Shown: positions 1 through 13,714, counted from the stretch's first letter. The stretch: 64,000 nt of DNA from Carcharhinus amblyrhynchos (GCA_965287045.1 OZ336870.1:110174001-110238000), one strand, 5' to 3'. Notes: generated by a model from the sequence alone, not told the origin. A program made the numbers and translations.

Positions 1-132
1 TTTGCCTACTTCTGCTCCTAATTCCTATGTTTTTATATTTCTAAAATCTTGGCATGCGCACTACTGAAATTTTGTTCTCTGCTCAAAGCATACAAGAGCT
101 GAGAGTATAATTTTATCATTTTTCTGTGCCCG

Positions 133-1530
133 AGTTTAACGTCTGTGGTAGGTAAAATGTTAGAATCCGTCATTAAGCAGGAAATTGCGAGGCATCTTGA
201 AGGGAATTGCTTGATAGGGCGGACGCAACACGGTTTCATTAAAGGGAAGTCGTGTCTGACAAATTTACTGGAGTTCTATGAGGATGTGTCTAGGGCAGTG
301 GATAGAGGAGAGCCGGTGGATGTGGTCTTTCTGGATTTTCAGAAGGCGTTTGACAAGGTACCTCACAAGAGGTTATTGCAGAAGGTCAGGGGACATGGAG
401 TTGGGGGTAGGGTGTTAGCGTGGATAGACGATTAGTTGTCAAATAGGAGGCAGAGAGTGGGGGTCAATGGGTGCTATTCGGATTGGCGGTTGGTGACTAG
501 TGGAGTGCCCCAGGGGTCGGTGCTGGGGCCTCAGCTATTTACCATTTATATAGATGATCTGGAGGAGGGAGCCAAGTGCAGGGTGTCGAAATTTGCTGAT
601 GACACCAAGATTGGGGGAAAGGCAAATTGTGCGGAGGGTGTGGAGAGTCTGCAGAAGGATCTAGATAGGCTGGGCGAATGGGCCAGGAAATGGCAAATGG
701 AATTTAATGTTGGCAAGTGTGAGGTGGTCCACTTTGGTAGGAAGAATGGTAGGAAGGACTATTACTTACGTGGCGAAAAACTGCAGCAGGCGACGGTGCA
801 GAGGGACCTCGGGGTCCTTGTGCATGAGTCGCAAAAACCCAGCTTGCAGGTGCAGCAGGTGGTCAGGAAGGCGAATGGGATGCTGGCCTTCATAGCGAGG
901 GGGATTGAATATAAAAGTAGGGAGGTCTTGCTGCAGCTGTATAGGGCATTGGTGAGGCCGCAGCTGGAGTACTGTGTGCAGTTTTGGGCGCCGCACCTGT
1001 GCAAGGATATTTTGGCCCTGGAGGGAGTGCAGAGGAGGTTTACTAGGCTGATAACGGAGTTGAGGGGGTTGAGCTATGAGGAGAGGCTGAATAAACTAGG
1101 CTTGTACTCGCTAGAGTTTAGAAGAATGAGGGGAGATCTCATTGAGACGTATAAGATGATGAATGGGATGGATAGGATAGAGGTGGAGAGACTCTTCCCG
1201 CTCAAAAAAGACGTAGGACTAGGGGGCACAGCCTCAAGATAAAGGGGAGGTGGTTTAGAACGGAGTTGAGGAGGAACTTCTTCACTCAAAGGGTGGTGAA
1301 TCTCTGGAATTCTCTGCCCGTTGAAGTGGTGGAGGCTGCCTCGCTAAATATTTTTAAGAAGCGGGTTGATGGGTTTTTGATAAGAGAGGGGATTAAGGGT
1401 TATGGGGAGAGGGCGGGAAAGTGGAACTGAGCCACAACAGATCAGCCATGATCTTACTGAATGGCGGGGCAGGCTCGAAGGGCTAGATGGCCTACTCCTG
1501 CTCCTATTTCTTATGTTTCTTATTTCTTAT
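133..1530 (+). mobile_element. CR1-clade LINE, 5'-truncated, young (ORF2 reverse transcriptase C-terminal half plus 3' UTR)
   Basis: ORFs 145-435 and 436-1242 give QHGFIKGKSCLTNL, DFQKAFDKVPH, GVPQGSVLGPQLF and SKFADDTK. There is one in-frame TAG at 433-435 and a frameshift near 1213. The shifted frame ends ...GKWN TGA at 1428-1430. The tail is a TTTCTTAT-type microsatellite at ~1505-1530. Confidence 0.95.
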
Positions 1531-2299
1531 GAGATACTTTAATGCCTTAACCTCGCTAAACATGAATTAAGAGTCATTTTTCATTCCATGTAGTTGGCTG
1601 TTTTGGACAAGTTTCAAGTGGCAAAGATTTTAAAGAATTTGGTCCAAATGTAAAATCAGATTTAAAATTTGTAAGAGAAAAGTGGTAAGCAAATTTGGAT
1701 TTTCATCTAGAATAAAGAAATTTGGTTGAGAATAATATGTGGATGAACCTTCCAACAACTTTAATAATTTAGAAAGATTTAAGATGATAATTGTCTAATT
1801 TGCATCAAACTGAATCCATTAACCAAAATTACTACACCCTTCGCAATACAAAATGCAGTAGTTCAGGAAGGTACTTTCTCAAGTGTAATAAACAATAAGT
1901 GCTGGCCAATTCTTATGAATAGATGAGTCAAGACTAGCCTGCAATATCAGTAAAATGGGGAAATCAGTTCTCGATGTTGGGAGCACAGCACGGAATAAGT
2001 TGGTAACAGTGAGGAGAACACAGTTAAAAAGATATGTCCATGTTAAATAGTTGGCTAGTATGGGAGATAGGAGCCTGAGAGAGGGCAGAAGAGCAGTTTT
2101 GTTAAAATCTAAGTAGATACGAATATAGACAGAACTATAACTTCACAAGCATTTCTCATGCGAGCAGCAATAGGAGAGGGCAATGAAGCACGGACATGAA
2201 GATTTGAATAGCAGATGTTCACCCTGAAAAACACATCTCTGGAAAGTGTCTCCAACTGAGGCTAATTAAGCTCAATTTCAGGTTTTGGACAGAATTGAT

Positions 2300-3920
2300 T
2301 ACAATTTAACACATCAGAGAGACAGGGAGGGGAGTTTTGGTGCAAGAGTAGTCACTCGCATTGAGAGGTAAAAGGTTGCGAGTGTTACAGGGAGGGACCA
2401 CAGCTCAGCAAAGGTGACAAGGGGCAGACTTGATCGATAATGCCTTAAGCAATTTTCCTTGAAGAACCGACTACTTGTGGGGAGAACGCAATTTATGGGC
2501 AGAGTAATCAAATGAGAGGCAATGATGGCTTTGTTTCTAGCTTTCCCCTAACAATGGGATTAATTTAGGAACTACCTGGAGTGACAACCAGAGGTAAGAC
2601 AATTCGTTTGTAAAATGGTGACGGAGGAACTAATTCATTCATGATAGACAAATATCTGGGACCTGCTGATTTTCACCCCAACAAAAAACAGATAGAGAAA
2701 TTGTTGAAACGAAATTTGAAAAGTTCAGTCATTCCATGAGTGGCCAAAACTATGGCAGGTGGAGTTCAATACGGGACTGTGAGAGTTAATTTGTTTTGGA
2801 CCTAAAGGATAGATCCGAGTATTTTCTAAATTGCGAAGAAACTGGAAAAGCAGAAACATTCAGCGGTCCAAATACAGAAAGCATTCAAAACTAGTGAACA
2901 AGCACAAAAAATAATTGAAAGGGTTAATGAGCTGTTGGCCTTTATCTCAAGAGGAGTGGAATATAATGGGGTGGAAATTGTTACCTCCACACAGAGCTCT
3001 GGTTAAACCTCCACTTAGTGAATGGTGTTCAGTTCTGTTTGTCACACCTCAGCTAAGGTGTGAAATCTTAGCCTTGAAAGGAGTGGAAGTGCAAATGCAC
3101 CAGAATGGGACTGAGCTAGAAGGGTTAAATTACATTCACTTAGATTTAGAAGATTAAGGGTCAATCTAATCAACTGTTTAACTAGATTAAAGTATTTGAT
3201 AGGGTAAATGCGGAAAAACTATTCAGTCTGCTGAGAGAGTCCAAAGCAAGGGGGGGGGGGGAGGTTTGCGGGGGGCATAGTTTATAATTTGACTTGCTCA
3301 GGGGTGAAGATAAAATGTATTTCTTCACACAAAGGGTAGTGGAAATTTGGATTTCTCATCCTCACAAAATTATTCAGCTGGTCAATTGCAAGGTTCAAGA
3401 CTGAGCTTGATTGATAGATTTTTGTTAGGTAAGGGTTACAGAACCAAAGCAGTTGACTGGGGAGGCAATGGCCTAGTGGTATTATCACTGGACTATTATT
3501 CCAGAAACTCAGCTAATGTTTTGGGGATCCAGGTTTGAATCTCACCACAGCAGATGGTAGAACTTGAATTCAATAAAAAAATTCTGGAATTAAGAATTTA
3601 CTGATGACCATGAAACCATTGTTGATTGTTGTAAAAACTCATCTGGTTCACTAATGTCTTTTAAAGAAGGAAATCTGCCGTCCTTATCTGGTCTGATCTA
3701 CATATGAGTCCAGGTCCACAGCAATGTGGTTGACTCTTAAATGCCCTCTGAAATGGCCTAGCTACTCAGTTCAAGGGCAACTAGGGATGGGCAATAGGGA
3801 TGGACACCCATGTCCCATGAATAAATAAAAAAAAGTTGGTTGAAGATTTGCCATGATTTAACTAAATGGCAGATCCGATTTGTGGGCTTAATGATCTGCT
3901 GATTTTCCTATTTTCTTGGC
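2300..3920 (+). mobile_element. Decayed CR1 LINE 3' fragment, interrupted by a SINE
   Basis: Degenerate CR1 ORF2/3'UTR motifs (tggcaggtggagttcaat, ttcttcacacaaagggtagtggaaatttgg). The tail resumes after the SINE at ~3835. Confidence 0.7.
3460..3833 (+). mobile_element. tRNA-derived SINE (family 2)
   Basis: A-box-like ggcctagtgg and B-box-like ggtttgaatc. The body ggttcactaatgtc...gaaggaaatctgccgtcctta...actcttaaatgccctctgaaatggcctagc is shared with the copy at 43408-43810. A-rich tail. Confidence 0.8.
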
Positions 3921-4685
3921 TTCTTATAATCATAATTGTTACCAATAATGCTGTTTATGAAAAAAAAATCAAAAGCAGGATAGCAGTAAAATAAAAACTC
4001 CTGTCTAAAGTCTAGCCACTTAAACGTATTATTCAATGTACTGTACTTGCAAAAATCTCATGGCATCACATTTGACAATCAGTTTCTTGAACAGAAATAA
4101 TTATAAGCTAAAATATCTGGACTTGAAAGCTACACATTTCTGACAACAATAGCTATATATAAATGGAATACATGCATTATTTTTATACTTGGTGTGTAAA
4201 CCTGTAATAATTGATGGATTAAATGTGCTGAAAGCAGAGATTTTCTAGCTGATTGCACCAAGACGTCTATGTTAATCCAGGCATGCACTGTCCAGAGAGA
4301 ACGGCATGCAGCTTGTATCTGGTCAGCAAAGAAAATGATTGATTGCTTGTGAAGACCAGTGGATGTTTGTTTCACAGAAAATTTACAGAATACTGCACAA
4401 GCAATTCGCTCAAGGGTTAAAAAAATCAAAAAGGGGGCCCTGAATCTTCATTGCCTCCCTGCCGCTGAACCATTAATGGAAGAAGTGGCAAGAACGCCCA
4501 TTTCAGAGAAATTTGGGGCTCTAAACATTTCAGCTCACGTTGGAAGTGCAGAATGGTTTTATTTATGGGGGAATTGTCAATTTGCTTCTGTTTTCACTGC
4601 CAATTCTTAAGAAAATGTTGCTTATAAAAAAGCGCTGATTGTCTTTAATAATTTTCATTAGTTTTCTGTATTGTGGCAGCTGTAG

Positions 4686-4841
<156 letters not shown>

Positions 4842-6735
4842 TGACCTCTTTCCATAGATTTCTGACAGTATCAGCTGAACTTTCCACAAAAATGGGTACT
4901 TTAAAATGCAACTATGCTTGCCTCTGTTGTATTTTGGGAGAATCTGTGCTCTTGTTTCATATTACCTTAATAATGCATTTACTTTGGTAAATGAAAAATC
5001 ACAATAATATTTATAGCTCAAATGAGTATTTATAAAATGTTAATTCTTTGATTATTTGAGAACTTTTCACTCAGGCATCATAATACGCTGTCATTCTTGT
5101 GACCGTTAGTCGGGATCTAACATGGTGCCTATTGGCATAAAGAACAACAAAATAGAGAGCGCCATTGTACAGACTCACTCACCTTACTTCAGTATTGTTC
5201 CAAATAATAAAACTAATTATGAGCAGGAAACTTGAGGATTATCAGTAAGGTAATTTAACAAACAGCAGCTAATATAGATTTAACTTTTTTCAGGAAATTA
5301 TACCAAAATGGACCATGGAAAGCTTTAAGTCTATGGTAACATATTGAAGTTGGGGTCATATTAGACAGCAATACAAAATAAGTGTTACTAATTGGCCACC
5401 ACTTTACACCCTGTTTGATTTTCATTTGTATTGATTACAAAACTGCTTGGCGTAAAACAGGCTGCTGGTTGGACTTTTGCACGCTTTGCCGAAGGCAAAT
5501 TTCAACCCTTCGATGCCTAAAAAATGCTTTTGACAAAGTCCCTGGAAAGAATTTAAAGAAGTGAGGATTTAAAGTAAATCATGCAAATTATTATTTTTTA
5601 ATTAGCTGAACGGTGGAAAATAACATGTCATTGATCTTAATTTTGTAAGGCCCTTTAGTTCCTCCCCCCAGTTTAGGAGTAGTGGGGACAGCCTGCTGAT
5701 GATCCTGACCACTGCCTCGCAGTGATTTAATTCTGGGAGTAGTGTTAATTGCTTTAAAGTGAGTCTTCTGCCCCTAACTCAGGTGGAAGCACCACCCTAG
5801 AGAGCTGTCAGCAACTATGTAGTCCCAGTAACAACAGACAGACATGGTGCCCACTGCTGGGACAACAGAAAGTACCTCCATATTGAGGAGCTCAGGTAAG
5901 TCTAGCATGGGATCCCAGTAATGGGTAGGGGCTTTGTTCAAGAGGCCAGGCTGGAGGATTATGAATGGGGATAACCTGGTGGGGGAGAGCCTCTGAGGAC
6001 CCAAGAGACCTGTATAGGTGCCTTTGTCCAATAACAGCCCATGCAGCGAAAGCTGCTGTGTTTTCCATAATGTGTGGGCCTTCCCCACTAAGGATAAAAT
6101 CCTGGTGACCTCAATAGGCCCAGTGCAAGCAAGCCACCCGAAACCTATCCAACACCGTCCCCATATAAAATTTCAGACTGACTAGGGCCAATAGGCAGCG
6201 GGCAAGCTGCCCATGGATTTTTTTTTTTAACTCCCACCTCCCTGCTTTCCAACCTGCCAGCCCAGGAATGTAAAATTCAGTCCATTGTCACAAGAGTTGT
6301 ATTAGAGTAGGGAAAAAACAGAAGCTCATTGCAAAGCTTTGTTACTTATTTCAAACTGCCATAGGACAGTGGAAATACTGCTCAGACATTACAAAAGGAG
6401 TTGGACAAAATATTTAAATGAGCAGAACAATAGTCAGTGAGCTTTAATGCAAGCAAGTATAAAATAAAGCACATCAGGAAGGGTATTGAAATAGAAACAT
6501 AGAAAAACTACAGCACAATACAGGTCCTTCGGCCCACAAAGTTGTGCCGAACATGTCCCCACCTTGGAGATTACTAGGCTTACCTATAACCCTCTATCTT
6601 ACTAAGTTCCATGGACTTATCTAAAAGTCTCTTAAAAGACTTCATAATTAAATAATAACTATTTATAGTTATTATTAATAGTTAAAGACTTAATCAAGTT
6701 AGTAGATATGGCATTCAACAGTAATCAACACTGCA

Positions 6736-7351
6736 AAAATAGAATTCTCAACTATTATGGCTAAAACAACAGAGTCCAAATCAAAGGTAATCAGGGTCAA
6801 ACTGTTTGGCATTCTGATCAGACCACACTTCTAGGTACAAAGTCCGGATGTGCTCAGATGTTCAAACATTAAGGCGATGCAGCAAGGATGTATAAAGCTG
6901 ATCTTTAGTAACAGAGGTCAAAACTTAAAGAGACACTGATAAAAATTTGGCATTTCTAGCTTGAAATGCAATAACTAAATGGTGGTCTTATAGAGACATA
7001 TCAGACAGTAAATGCTACAGAAAATGTATATTAAAATAATTGTCAAACTAATAGCGAGAGCAGGACAAGAGTCACAAGTTTAAACTACTTAAAGGCAAAT
7101 TTAGAACTGATATCAGAATATTCATATGAAACGATATGCCCAATTTTTATCAGTGTCTCTAAGTTTTGACCTCTGTTATTAAAGATCAGCTTTATACATC
7201 CTTGCTGCATCGCCTTGATGTTTGAACATCTGAGCACAACCAGACTTTGTAATTAGAAGTGTGGTCTGATCAGAATGCCAAACAGTTTGACCCTGATTAC
7301 CTTTGATTTGGACTCTGTTGTTTTAGCCACAATAGTTGAGAATTCTATTTT
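6736..7351. repeat. Inverted duplication: arms ~6736-6953 and ~7136-7351, spacer ~180 bp
   Basis: Left arm aaaatagaattctcaactatt...gagacactgataaaaatttggcat is the reverse complement of right arm atgcccaatttttatcagtgtctc...aatagttgagaattctatttt. About 10 differences by eye. Confidence 0.95.
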
Positions 7352-7614
7352 GTTTATCTTCTGCTGTGTGGCTGTAACTTACCGGGTCAAAAAAATTGTG
7401 ATTTAAATGGGTTACATTATTATACAAAGAGACCTATCCATTTTAGACTATCAAAGCATTTATACTAAATCTAATACACCACCATAACAAATAATTTAAA
7501 CTTACTCTGATTTGTATAATTATTGTCCTCTTTCAAAGAGTCATCCACAACTTTTCATCAGCAGAAACAAAACTGTCACAAAAATATCCTGAACATGTCT
7601 AAAAGGGTTAAATT

Positions 7615-7920
7615 ATCATAAAATCACTACTGTGCAGAAGGAGTCCATTCGGCCCATCGAGCCTGCACTGACAACAATCCCACCCAGGTGCTATCCACAT
7701 AACCCCATACATTTACCCTGCTAGTCCCCCGACACTAAGTGGCAGTTTAGCATATCTAACCTGCACATCTTTGGACTGTGGGAGGAAATTAGAGCACCCG
7801 GAGGAAACCCACACAGACACAGGGAAAATATGCAAACTCCACACAGATAGTGATCTGAGGCCAGAATTGAATCTGGGGCTCCTACGGTGTGAGGTAGCAG
7901 CGCTAATCACCGTGCCACCC
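7615..7920 (-). mobile_element. V-SINE (HE1-like, tRNA head, CR1-type tail)
   Basis: The minus strand reads ggcacggtgattagcgctgctacctcac...tgtgtggagtttgcat...gggtttcctccgggtgctc...cccacagtccaaagatgtgcaggttag (V domain), then a CR1-like 3' end. Confidence 0.9.
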
Positions 7921-8994
7921 CCACATTGCAGAGACTAAGCTTGTATGCCTTTGAGTTTAGGAGGTTTATGGGTGATCTAAGATAGCTGTTTAAGATGGTG
8001 AAAGCATCTGATGGAGTGGATATAGGGAAACAATTTTATTGGTGTGAGGGTCAAAGATTACAATTAGAGGCACACTGTTCAGAGGTGATATCTAGAAGCT
8101 CTTCCTTACACAAAGATTAGAGGGAATTTCAAACACTTTCCCCAACAAACTGTTAAGTCTAAACTGAAATTTTCAAAATGGAAATGAATTGATTTTTGTT
8201 ATCCACTGATTATTGAGGGTTTGAGAACTAAGGTGATAGAACAAACCAAAGCAGGTAGAACAAACATACAGATCGGCTATAATTTGATGGAATGGAGAGT
8301 CTGGAAAAGTGAATGGCCTTACTCCAGTTGCTATTTTCTGAACAAATAGATAGCTCTTGAGATTTTCTTTTTAAACACTAGATATCAGAGAACATGCAGA
8401 TTCCAGAACTTCTACTACAGATGCAGCTCAGAAAAAGCTCATGTTCATTCTTATCAGGATACAGATGGAGGTGGATTTCAGTGCTTTGAATTCTGTTCAC
8501 ATAACGGAATGATTTATCAAAACTTAGATGCTGGAATAAATACAATGCAAGGTAATTGTTTTCTCAATCCAATTTACTGATTCCTCCTGTGTCAGCATTC
8601 TGTCAGCTATCTGTACTCATTTTTCAATGCACTTGTGATGATATGTATCAAAATACAATAGTGTGTCTGATTTGAGGCTTTGGAATTCAGTTATCAAGTA
8701 TTTGCTGCCTATCTATTCAGATTGACATGGACTGTTTCTTTGCTCCGTCGTTATGTTACATTTTTGAGCTTCATCTAACTTATTCTTGGCTCTGATCATA
8801 ATTCAAACAAATGCCACAGACAAAACCTGACAGGGTTTTTTTATTGTTCTTAGACATGCAAGTGTTCGTTTTCATTTGAATGAAGCAAGTCATCGATATT
8901 TGCAGGTTTTCACTATCATTTATTTTGGGTGTTTTCTCATCGATCCAGTCATAGCCAGAGAACCACCGTCAATGGCTTCTCTCATCACTATCAC

Positions 8995-10250
8995 ACCAAT
9001 AACTCTGGTGTCGCCCAAGAATCTACCCTTGGGCCCCTTCTTGTTTCTCATCTATATGCTGCCCATTGACAATATCATCTGAAAACACAATATCAGATTC
9101 CATAGATATATTGGTGACACCCAGCTCAATCTACTTTACTACCACCACCTTTCTCAATTCCTACAGTCACTGTTTGATACCTAGTCTGAGCAGAAATAAT
9201 CTTTTAATCAAATATTGGGAACACTGAAACAATTATCAGCGGATCCTGCAGTCAACTCTGTTCCCTAGCCATTGATTCCATAGCCATCTGAGGTAAAATT
9301 ATAGAAACCTACAGTGCAGGAGGAGGTCATTCGGCCCGTTAAATCTGCAAGGACCACAATCCCATCCATGCCCTATCCAGTAACTCCATGCATTTACCCA
9401 GCTAGTCCCCCTGACACTAAGGGACAGTTTAGCATGGTCAGTCCACATAACCTGCATGTCTTTTGGATTGTGAGAGGAAATCGAAGCATCTGGAAGAAAC
9501 CCACGCAGACATGTGGAGAATATGCAAACTCCATACAGTCAGTGATTCAAGCTGACAATCGAACCCGGGTCCCTGGCGCTATAAGGCAGCAGTGCTAGCC
9601 ACTGTGCCAAAGCACACTGTTTACATATCGTTACCAGGATATGCTTTTGACCTCATATCGTTTTCATCACCAAGACTATGAATTTTCACCTCCACGTATT
9701 GCCTGTCTGTGCCTCTGCCTTAGCCCATCTGCTACTAAAATCTTCGTCTGGCATTTTGTTATCTCCATGTGTGATTATTCGACTACCATTTTGGTCAGCT
9801 TTATCTTACATCCTCTGTGAACTTAATTTCATCCAAGATTCTGATGTCTCTGTTTTGTCTCACATCAGGTCCTACTCACCCATCACCCTGTGATCTCTTG
9901 TCTACATTGGTTTTTAAATCAGCAACACCTCAAATTTAAAATATGTTCAAGTCCTTCCATGTCCTCATATCTCTATATGCCTATGAGTACTCAAGGTTTT
10001 CCAATTCTGAACACTTGTGCATCCCATTTCCTCACCCCTAATTCACAGCTGTGCCTTCAGCTGTTTATGCCCAAAACTTCAATATTTTTTCCCCTGATTC
10101 TCTCCACTCATGACCTCGTTCCTCCATCAAGCCACCCATTAGAACTTACCAAGTTCTTGGTCACCTGCTTCGATCTCCTGGTGAGCATTAACACTTCTCT
10201 GAAGCATTTTGGGATGTTTTATTGCCTTAATGAAAGTTATTCTTGTTGCA
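8995..10250 (+). mobile_element. Decayed L2-type LINE fragment, interrupted by a V-SINE
   Basis: Degenerate GV.Q.S.LGP.LFLIYMLP...DTQL reverse transcriptase motif at 9007-9128 and an L2-like 3' end near 10200-10250. Confidence 0.7.
9300..9610 (-). mobile_element. V-SINE (HE1-like)
   Basis: Same V-domain and tRNA head (ggcacagtggctagcactgctgcc, ccgggttcgatt) on the minus strand. Confidence 0.9.
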
Positions 10251-10284
10251 TTCAATGCAAATTTCACAGAAGTCATTGCAGAAA

Positions 10285-10890
10285 ACATAAAGAGAAAATG
10301 CTGGAAAATCTCAGCTGATCTGGCAGCATCTGTGTTTTGTGTCTTTATGACTTCTTCAGAGTTAGAGACAGCAAAATGTGATGGATGTTATGCTCTTTAA
10401 AGAGGTGTAGAGAAAAATGGAAGGTCAAGGATGAGTGGAAAAATAAAAATTGGTGGACAAAGATGTCGTGGGCACACAACAGAGGGTGCATAAATGATGA
10501 TGTTAATGACTAAAGTAGGGGCTAATAGTGGCACAAAGATAAGATCGCAGAATGTGTTAATAGCATAACAAGGGTGAGCACTTTGTGAAAGCAAAAATTA
10601 AGAATAAGTGACAGATGGCTCAGTGGAGGAGGGGGATGATTGGACAAAAGAAATTGTATTAAAAGTGGGGGTTCTATATGCAGCAGGGAATTCATGGTCT
10701 GAAAATCTTGAGCTCGATGTTAAGTCCAGAATTCTGTAAAGTGCCTAATTGGAAGATGAGGTGCTACTCCTTCAGTTTGTGTTGGGTTTCGTTGGAAAAT
10801 TGCAGTAGGCCAAGTATGGACATGTGGGTAGAGAGTAAGATGGTGAGTTGAAATGGCAAGCGAGAAGAAGGTTGGGGTCATGGTTGTGGT
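10285..10890 (-). mobile_element. Penelope-like element 3' fragment (GIY-YIG endonuclease C-terminus, 3' UTR and terminal repeat)
   Basis: The minus strand of 10692-10885 translates, with one frameshift and one stop, as HDPNLLLACHFNSPS..HMSILGLLQFSNETQHKLKE*HLIFQLGTLQNSGLNIELKIFRP*. It ends in a degenerate CTGAAGA-hairpin motif at ~10335-10362. Confidence 0.8.
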
Positions 10891-11639
10891 ATTTTGCTTT
10901 CACATCATTGCGAAAAATACTGGAATTGCATGACCAATCATTTGGCACCTGACAAGATTTATTTATGTCATTTTGTAGACTTGCATAACCTCATCACGCT
11001 TTGAAGTTTCCATAAACCCTAGAATTTTGTGGCACTTCAAGAAAAATCTCTGCAGCAAGCAAATGTCATTTGATGTCATTGCAATCACGGTGTACTTTAT
11101 TTCAATGCTGGATTGAAATGGTTTGAATTTGGGGCTGCAGTTACAAAAGGTTGTGCAGTTTACACTGTGTAAAATGCTGGGTTTAGCCCTCCTTGGTTTC
11201 AAAATGCAGTATTACACAGTTGTACAGAATTAGCTGCCAATTAACACTGGTTATTTAATCTAGGCAGAAGTAAATGAACAAAATAGCTAGACATACAATG
11301 AACAGTGCAACAGTTAAATGCTGCATTTGAAACTCAATGGCCGAATGAAGCAATTTACACAGCCTATTAAAAATATATCTGATGTAGCAATACTTGGTAT
11401 ACTGCATGAATCTCAACTGACAGGGAAAACACTAATCGCCATTAATTTAGTTTTAATTGATCCTCCATTTTGCACTTTATCTAGTAAATTGGATTTGGAG
11501 ATTCTACAAAACTAGTTGGATATAAATGAGCCTAGGAATTTTGCACCTTGCTTGTTATACTCACGACTGCATAGTAAAGAGTTTCTAGGCTGCATTACAA
11601 TTAGGATCAGAAGGTGGATGTCAGTTGCTATCATGTAAT

Positions 11640-12025
11640 AGAATCTCACACACAACCGAGCCCATTAACAAACATGGAATCACACACACCAAACTCATCG
11701 ACAGGTGTGGAATCACTCACACCAAACTCATTGAAGGATGTGGAATCACCCACACCAAACTCATCAACGGATGTGGAATCACCCACACCAAACTCATCGA
11801 CAGACGTGGAATCACACACTCACACCAAACTCATCAACAGATGTGGATTCACCCGCACCAAACTCATCGAAGGACGTGGATTCACCCGCACCAAACTCAT
11901 CGAAGGACGTGGATTCACCCGCACCAAACTCATCGAAGGATTTGGACTCACTCGCACCAAACTCATCGACAAATGTGGAATCACTCACACCGAGCTCATC
12001 GACGGATGTGGAATCACGCACACAC
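11640..12025. repeat. Minisatellite, 33-bp unit, ~11.5 copies
   Basis: Unit GTGGAATCACCCACACCAAACTCATCGACGGAT with variants, including one 4-bp insertion near 11818. It explains the overlapping repetitive ORFs at 11614-12190. Confidence 0.95.
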
Positions 12026-13595
12026 TTGTACTCAATGCTACATCTAATGAAGACGAACATGCCTTATGCCTTATTTATCACCTTGGCCCACTGTGTTGCT
12101 ACTTTTAGAGAACTGTGGACCTGCAAATCCAAATCCCTCTGTATGTTAATATTTCTAAGGGTACTGCCATTTACAGCTTACATTTTATAATGTTCTCATC
12201 TTTGGTTCAAAGCAGATCTTGGAGTATAAATCAGTAAAAAGTTCATTGCAAGTCAATCAGGTCATAACAAAACCATTGGGCTTTCTTTCCAAAGGAATAA
12301 AACTGCATCTAGAGAAGTTATGCCAAATATCAGTCAAGCCATGTCAGTGTGTGCAGTGTGGTCACCATGTTATAAAATGGATGTCGAGACACTGAGGAAA
12401 GGGAAAATAAGACTTCCTAAGGTGATATCAGAACTGCAAGTCTACACTCATTGGGAAAGAATGAACAGGTGAAATCTTTTATCATTTGAAAAGAGGAATC
12501 TGAGGAATGACTTCATGGAGGCTTTCAGATTTTGCAAGGTTTTAGCAGACTTAACACAATGGGAATATTTCCACTTCCAGGAAAGAGCAAACTAAAGGCT
12601 ATTAGTGTAAAACTGACACTCAAATTTAAAAAGAGAATTGAGGAAAACTTCTTTACTCAGAATGTAATGAAAATGTAGAGCAGAGGGGGCAAAATTGTAT
12701 ACTGCTTCCAATGGGTGGGGGCAGGGGGAGGGGGTGTTCTGAGGCTGAGAGTAGGGGAGCCTGCCTGTCCCAATCCAGATGCAACTTCATGTTCCAGGGC
12801 CTTGTGGGGAGGGTAGGGAGCGGGGGTGCGATGGGGAATCTCACCTTTTCACCTGTTTTGTTCTTAAGTGGCTACATAAGGCTGTTATCCTATCCAATCC
12901 CAATTTTTAGGCTGGCAGAGTATGTGTGGGGAGGGTGGGAAATGGATATGTCCACCTGTCCCCATGTCGGGTGGAAAGGGGAGGAGGGCGTCTCACACTG
13001 AATTTCCACCCGTGTCCCCCCATCCCTCAGAGTTTGAATGCCATATCCCTCCCCGGGATATTGGCATTCCAGGTGCCCCTCCTTGCATGGCCTACCCTGA
13101 TGCTATTTTTCACCCCTGCTCTCGACCCACCAGGATGCCCCCGACTTCCCAAAACCAATCCCCTCCCCACCCCTCAAACTTGTGCTAAAAATGTCTACAT
13201 CTTGTGGAAACCAATTTGAATTGAGAGAGAGTTAGTACTTTTGGCTGAGGAAGTTGCTGAAAGTAAAAGGAATCCATGCATACTCGTTCAATTCTAATGG
13301 GAAATCATGGGAGGTTCTAACATGATATTAAAATGTGACGTCTGCACTTAAAAGAACCTGGCAGTCAACAAGCAAAGCCATGATTTTCTGAAAAGATGCA
13401 AATAAAAATTGGCCTTTGAGGGATGAATTTATATTGGAATGTGGCAGAAATATGAAATGTCATCAAACAGGTGAAACACCTTCTGACTGTTTTCATCCAA
13501 AGTGCCATTTTGAGATTTACCTAAATGTGAGAAACACCTCTATTGAGATAGGTAACTTTATTGCCAAGATCTACACTACATCTCAGTCTACAATT

Positions 13596-13714
13596 CAGAT
13601 GCTGGAAATCTGAAATAAAAATAGGAAATGGTTGATCAACTCAGCAGGTCTGGCAGCAACTGTGGAGAGAGGAACAGAGTTAATGTTTCGAGTCCATGTA
13701 ACTCTTCTTCGGCG
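13596..13714 (-). mobile_element. Penelope-type terminal repeat fragment with degenerate minimal hammerhead motif
   Basis: The minus strand reads CCGAAGA-A-GAGT(tacatgg)ACTC-GAAACATT-AAC then tctctccacagttgctgccagacctgctgag. Same family as 10285-10362, 35250-35356 and 54815-54910. Confidence 0.7.

Noticed and set aside
145-1242. Host reverse transcriptase gene or readthrough at TAG 433-435
   Set aside because: This is an ordinary 5'-truncated CR1 copy. The TAG replaces a Trp codon, and a frameshift follows downstream.
11640-12025. CRISPR-like array
   Set aside because: Units are contiguous with no unique spacers, there are no cas genes, and the context is a vertebrate intron.
11614-12190. 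Overlapping 140-164 aa ORFs with repetitive peptides
   Set aside because: They are a by-product of a 33-bp (multiple of 3) tandem repeat inside an intron, with no splice or homology support.
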